Assembly (NCBI RefSeq): GCF_000281045.1
Contig: NW_008246068.1
Coordinates: forward strand, 1,147,319 to 1,199,242
Direction of reading: 5' to 3'
DNA length: 51,924 bases
DNA from: Saprolegnia diclina VS20
Taxonomy: Eukaryota
Of the stretch, positions 48,001 through 51,924 are shown one piece after another. The notes beneath the pieces are model-generated. The model was not told the DNA's origin and searched no databases. It was given only the letters and a program-made list of their open reading frames with translations. The stretch's first letter is position 1. Each line of letters begins with the position of its first letter. The translations under genes and the position numbers were made by a program.

Positions 48001-48759
48001 GTCTCGACCCCGGGTATGCTCAACCCGACAACACCAGGGTTCCAGCAAGGACCGTACACGACGCCGGGTCTGGCGCCGACCACACCGTTTGCGGCCACGC
48101 CGGGGCTGCCGCGCAACACGATGGCCCAGACGCCGATGCAGATGCAGACGCCGTACCAGTCGCAGCACTCGTTTGGCCCCACGACGCCCGGTCTGCACAG
48201 CTCGATGCACCCGACGACGCCGGGCCTGCACATGCACCCGACGACGCCTGGCATGGTGGGCTTCACGCCCATGAACCCTACGACCCCCGGTATCTTTGGT
48301 GGACACAAGGGCACGCCGGCGGCCGTGACACCCCATCACGGTGGCATTGGCACGACGCCGGCGCCGATGACACCCGCGGACCAGTTCCACTCGTACGACG
48401 GCGGGTACGGCCACGGCGGCATGTCGAGCGGTGGCCACGAGAGCTCGTGGCTGAGCAAGGGCGTCGTTGTCGAAGTGGTATCGCAGGGCGACTACTACGA
48501 GGCCGAAGGCGTCATCGTCTCGGTCTCGAACGACTCTTGTGTCTTGGACATCCGCGGCAAGAACGTGACGTTCCACATGGACAGTCTGAAGCACGTCATT
48601 CCCGAGAAGCAAGACAATGTCAAGATCTTGGTCGGCGACGAAGCGGGCAAGACCGGGTCGTTGATCGGGACGGACCCGCCGGATGGTATCGTCAAGATGG
48701 ACGTGACGGCCGAAATCAATATTTTCCCGCTGAGCCACTTGGCCAAGCTGGCGATTTAG
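45058..48759 (+). CDS. SPT5: Transcription elongation factor SPT5
   Basis: Acidic N-terminus; NGN domain LLPSIQDPRLWVFKCK|PGRE...KGFIYVES; multiple KOW motifs (GLYKGDL, KGDTVRVIEGDL, VVDGPFAGQTG, VKIKRGQWKGYIG); TP-rich C-terminal repeats; terminal KOW pair. About seven introns. Confidence 0.97.
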
Positions 48760-49038
48760 GTCAAGCGCCCAAAACGACAAGAATGATGATGAATATACCG
48801 TGTTTGCCTACAGCTTTTGGTTTCCATGATGACCAATGCTTTCGCTTCCATCTTCCGCCGACATGCAGTGCCACAACACATCGCGCAACATGGCCGATCG
48901 GAAAACAAGCAGTGGTTATGGACCGTTTAGACTCGAAAGTGGCGTCTTTGCCTGTGAACACGACAGCACAAGGCGCAACGTCCGAATCGACAGCTTCACA
49001 TGTCAACGATACGTCACCAACTACTGCCTGTGAGTCGT

Positions 49039-50184
49039 TCAGCAGTGACTCTTGGCGATCGCGTTGGGCGGCAACAGACCCTTGCTCGCGAGCTGCGCCA
49101 CGATCTTGTTGAGCTTGATGCCGCCGTTGCCATACGCATCGCACGACCCGCAGTTGTGCAAGCCGACGACGACATGGTCCTTGGCCGAGATGACGGGCGA
49201 CCCAGAGCTGCCTTCGAGCGTCCCGAGGTTGTACGTGAACTCATCCTTCTGACACGACTTCAACGGCGTCGGGCCCTTGTCCATGTCGAAGCTCAGATTG
49301 GTGACGACGCCCGGCACGTTGTTGGCGACATACGCCGACACGCGCTTGCTCCAAAAGTTGGGGTGGCCCGACACGTACACGTGCTCGCCGAGCACCGGCC
49401 CGGATGCGCGCACCTGGAGGTAGCCCCACTGGCTCAAATCCACGCCGTCCTTGACGTTGAGCTTGAAGAGCGCAAAGTCGTTGGCTGTGTCCGACATGAC
49501 AAACGTAGCGTTCGTTGCGACGATCGTGCCCTTGCAGGCGTCGTGAACGTTGTGCTGGCTCACATCGTCGCAGTCGCACTCGGCCCCCAAGTCGACTTGG
49601 ACTTCGCTCCCGTCTTCTTTGATGCCGACGCAGTGCTCGTTCGTCATCAGATGGCCCTCGGACCCAATGAGCCACCCCGTGCACTTGGAGATGCCTTGGA
49701 TAAGGAGCCGGGCGACGGCGCGGCTCGGCGCGTGCATGCTAGTATTGCGGTAGCAGGAAGCGGGTCGCGTCAAGTCTTCGCCACACATGGATTCAGTCAC
49801 CACGGCACGGTGTCCAAAGGCCACCTTGTCGATGACAAAGACGGGCGTCGACTGCGCTTTGTAAACCGGTGCGTCGTACGTAAGGGTCACGGCGTCGCCC
49901 GCGAGCCACTCGGCGAAGAAGCTGCCGCGATGGTCGCCGCCGGCAAATGTCACAACATCCTTCCCGCTCTTGTCCACGAGGCGGAGCGTTCCGTTGACTG
50001 GAATGTGAAGACTCTCAAAATGCACCGCCACGTATGTGGCCTTAGGCTTCTCGATGACGTGGCGGAATGGTGCGCCGCCATCAAAGGAGAGCGAAAGCGG
50101 CGAGAGGGCGCCGGCCGACCCGACGGTCGTGGCGGCGACGACACTGAGTAGCGCGAGAAGACACGTTTGTACGAGCAGCTGCAT
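49039..50184 (-). CDS. Secreted trypsin-like (S1 clan) serine protease with N-terminal pro/accessory domain
   Basis: Signal peptide MQLLVQTCLLALLSVVAA. Catalytic triad motifs CTGWL...TNEHC, NDFAL and GSSGSP. Intronless. Confidence 0.92.
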   Translation of the reverse strand: MQLLVQTCLLALLSVVAATTVGSAGALSPLSLSFDGGAPFRHVIEKPKATYVAVHFESLHIPVNGTLRLVDKSGKDVVTFAGGDHRGSFFAEWLAGDAVTLTYDAPVYKAQSTPVFVIDKVAFGHRAVVTESMCGEDLTRPASCYRNTSMHAPSRAVARLLIQGISKCTGWLIGSEGHLMTNEHCVGIKEDGSEVQVDLGAECDCDDVSQHNVHDACKGTIVATNATFVMSDTANDFALFKLNVKDGVDLSQWGYLQVRASGPVLGEHVYVSGHPNFWSKRVSAYVANNVPGVVTNLSFDMDKGPTPLKSCQKDEFTYNLGTLEGSSGSPVISAKDHVVVGLHNCGSCDAYGNGGIKLNKIVAQLASKGLLPPNAIAKSHC

Positions 50185-50203
50185 ACGGCTTATGTCGTGG
50201 ATC

Positions 50204-50220
50204 GCAAATGCCAGAATGAG
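50204..50220 (-). promoter_or_regulatory. Oomycete Inr+FPR core promoter element of the protease gene
   Basis: Minus strand ctcattctggcatttgc ends 20 nt upstream of the ATG at 50184. Confidence 0.75.
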
Positions 50221-50539
50221 GTTGCTATTACAATGGAAAAATGGGTTTGTGGGTGTTGGATAATATCTGACCGAAATCAGATCGTACGTACTCAGACATC
50301 ACAAATCTATGAACGCGACCAATCTGAATCTGAGGTTGGTCTCTGAGATGCACTGCATTTTCCTAGACGGTATCACCAATCCGTGCCTTGACGGTGTTGC
50401 ATTTGGTGCCAGAAAGCTCGCGTCACGGTGTGTGTCATTAAATGCGTTAAAAAGACGAATGACATTCAAAGCTATAGAAGGCAACGCATCTCGACGTCAA
50501 ATTTGATGTGGCAACTACGAATTGCTGCGCGTCGACGCT

Positions 50540-51538
50540 TCAAAGTTGCATGAGGTCGTCGCACAACGCGACCTTGTACGCAATAGCGAGTCGCGCAAAC
50601 CGAGCTTCGTTCCTCCAACCAGGAAACTGCGCGCGCAAGTGCACGGTGACCCGCGAGCCTGGTGCGGTAAGGTGCGCAAGCACGCTTGTGTCCGTGATAT
50701 GTACGAGGTGCCGGCGGAATGCAGAGTGTGCGCGAAGGTTGCGATAGGCGTCGCGGCGCGGGACGACCACCGACCCGTTGGGCGCTGTGACTTGCAGCTC
50801 AACCCAGCTGTGGCACCCTCGGTACGAACCGTTGAGGTGCGACGCGTCCGTGGCCCACCCTTGGTCGTGCGAGTCACACTCGATGACGAGTGCCACGCAC
50901 TGAGTGCGCGTGATCGCCGGATGCTCGAGCGCTGGTACCGTCAGTTGCAAGTATTGTACGTTCGCCGGCGCCGACACGTTGAGCGTTCTTGTCGTCTCGA
51001 CTTCGTGGTAGAGGGTCAGGCGGTCAAGAATCGCGTTGATGGTGGCGACTGGGAGCCCTCTCGCCGCGTACGAGCACCCGAGGCGAAGTACGTCGCGCGC
51101 GGTCACGGTGCTGCGCGCGGGCAATGTTGCGGCCGCGGCGCGTCCAAGTGGAGATACGGTCGAGGAGTTGGTCGCGTCGACGAGCCAGAGGTCCTCTGTC
51201 GCGCCAAAGCCTGGTTGGTGCCGTGTGCAGAGAGCGGCGACGTCGCGTTCGCAAGCCGCGACCAAGTCGACTTCTGGCATGTCGATCCCGAGAACCACGG
51301 CGAGGCGCACGTACTTCTACGTGGAGAATTTAATAGTACGACAGATTAGTCCATCAATGGGTACGTTGAGCGTCGGCTGCTTTTTGCGTTCGAGCTCTTC
51401 GGTTAGCGCGCGCGCGTCACACTGGGCGCTGCGCAAGTCGTCGCAAAGCTGTGTGCGCTCGGCCTTGAGCTGGGCAATGTTGCGGCGCAGGGCCTCAAGA
51501 TGAGCGACCTCGGTGTGCTGCTTGCTCGGGCTCGCCAT
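50540..51538 (-). CDS. Coiled-coil protein with C-terminal 'SHDQGW...AQFPGWxN' beta-rich domain
   Basis: Intron 51317-51364 (48 nt) joins coiled-coil ORF 51317-51538 in frame to ORF 50540-51310. Confidence 0.8.
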
Positions 51539-51924
51539 TTTGATTTTGCCATGTTCATATGTTGTTCTTGTGTGTGCTCGTTAGGAAGGAAGGTATTGAT
51601 AACATGTTGATAAGATCAAGGGTCCCTTGATAAGATCTTACGGTAGATCGGATCGACCAATCAGAATGGACCAACTATCACAATCTTGTACTAGAACTCT
51701 TCGAATTATCAATGCATAGTTTCATCCATTGATAAAAGTTCTACCGTACAACACACCTCAAAGGATGTATTTCCGCGATAAGATGACGCCAAATATCCCG
51801 ATGAACCACTCGGCCATGCTAGCGATAAATGTCATGCAAATCCACGATATTTTATTCATATTTTTACTATCTCTACTGCTGTGTACTACGCCCCAAATGA
51901 TTGCTACCTCACCCCACAAGGAAA

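Overview
Gene-dense eukaryotic genomic DNA, most likely an oomycete of the Saprolegniaceae (Saprolegnia-like). This is inferred from high GC at third codon positions, many very short (about 41-54 nt) GT-AG introns, oomycete Inr/FPR core promoter motifs and the gene families present. About 20 protein-coding genes can be reconstructed by joining ORF pieces across introns. Housekeeping genes: mitochondrial uL3, SDH2, Tudor-SN, LCB2, a kynurenine-aminotransferase-like enzyme, BCKDHA and SPT5. Probable cilium or microtubule genes: a multi-IQ protein, TBC1D32/BROMI and an EF-hand-EML5/6 fusion. Lineage-type families: BTB-SPRY, AAAP permease, PX-RING, two tandem PX paralogs, MYND and a secreted trypsin-like protease. 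No rRNA, tRNA, CRISPR array or intact transposon was found. I cannot demonstrate a new multi-gene system. The best leads are unusual domain fusions, a fungal-type domain, a convergent CDS overlap, a 60-nt intergenic hairpin, a 44-bp repeat running into an assembly gap, a repeat-bounded 1.5-kb interval upstream of SPT5, and recurring promoter palindromes. All family calls come from motif recognition by eye, not from database searches.
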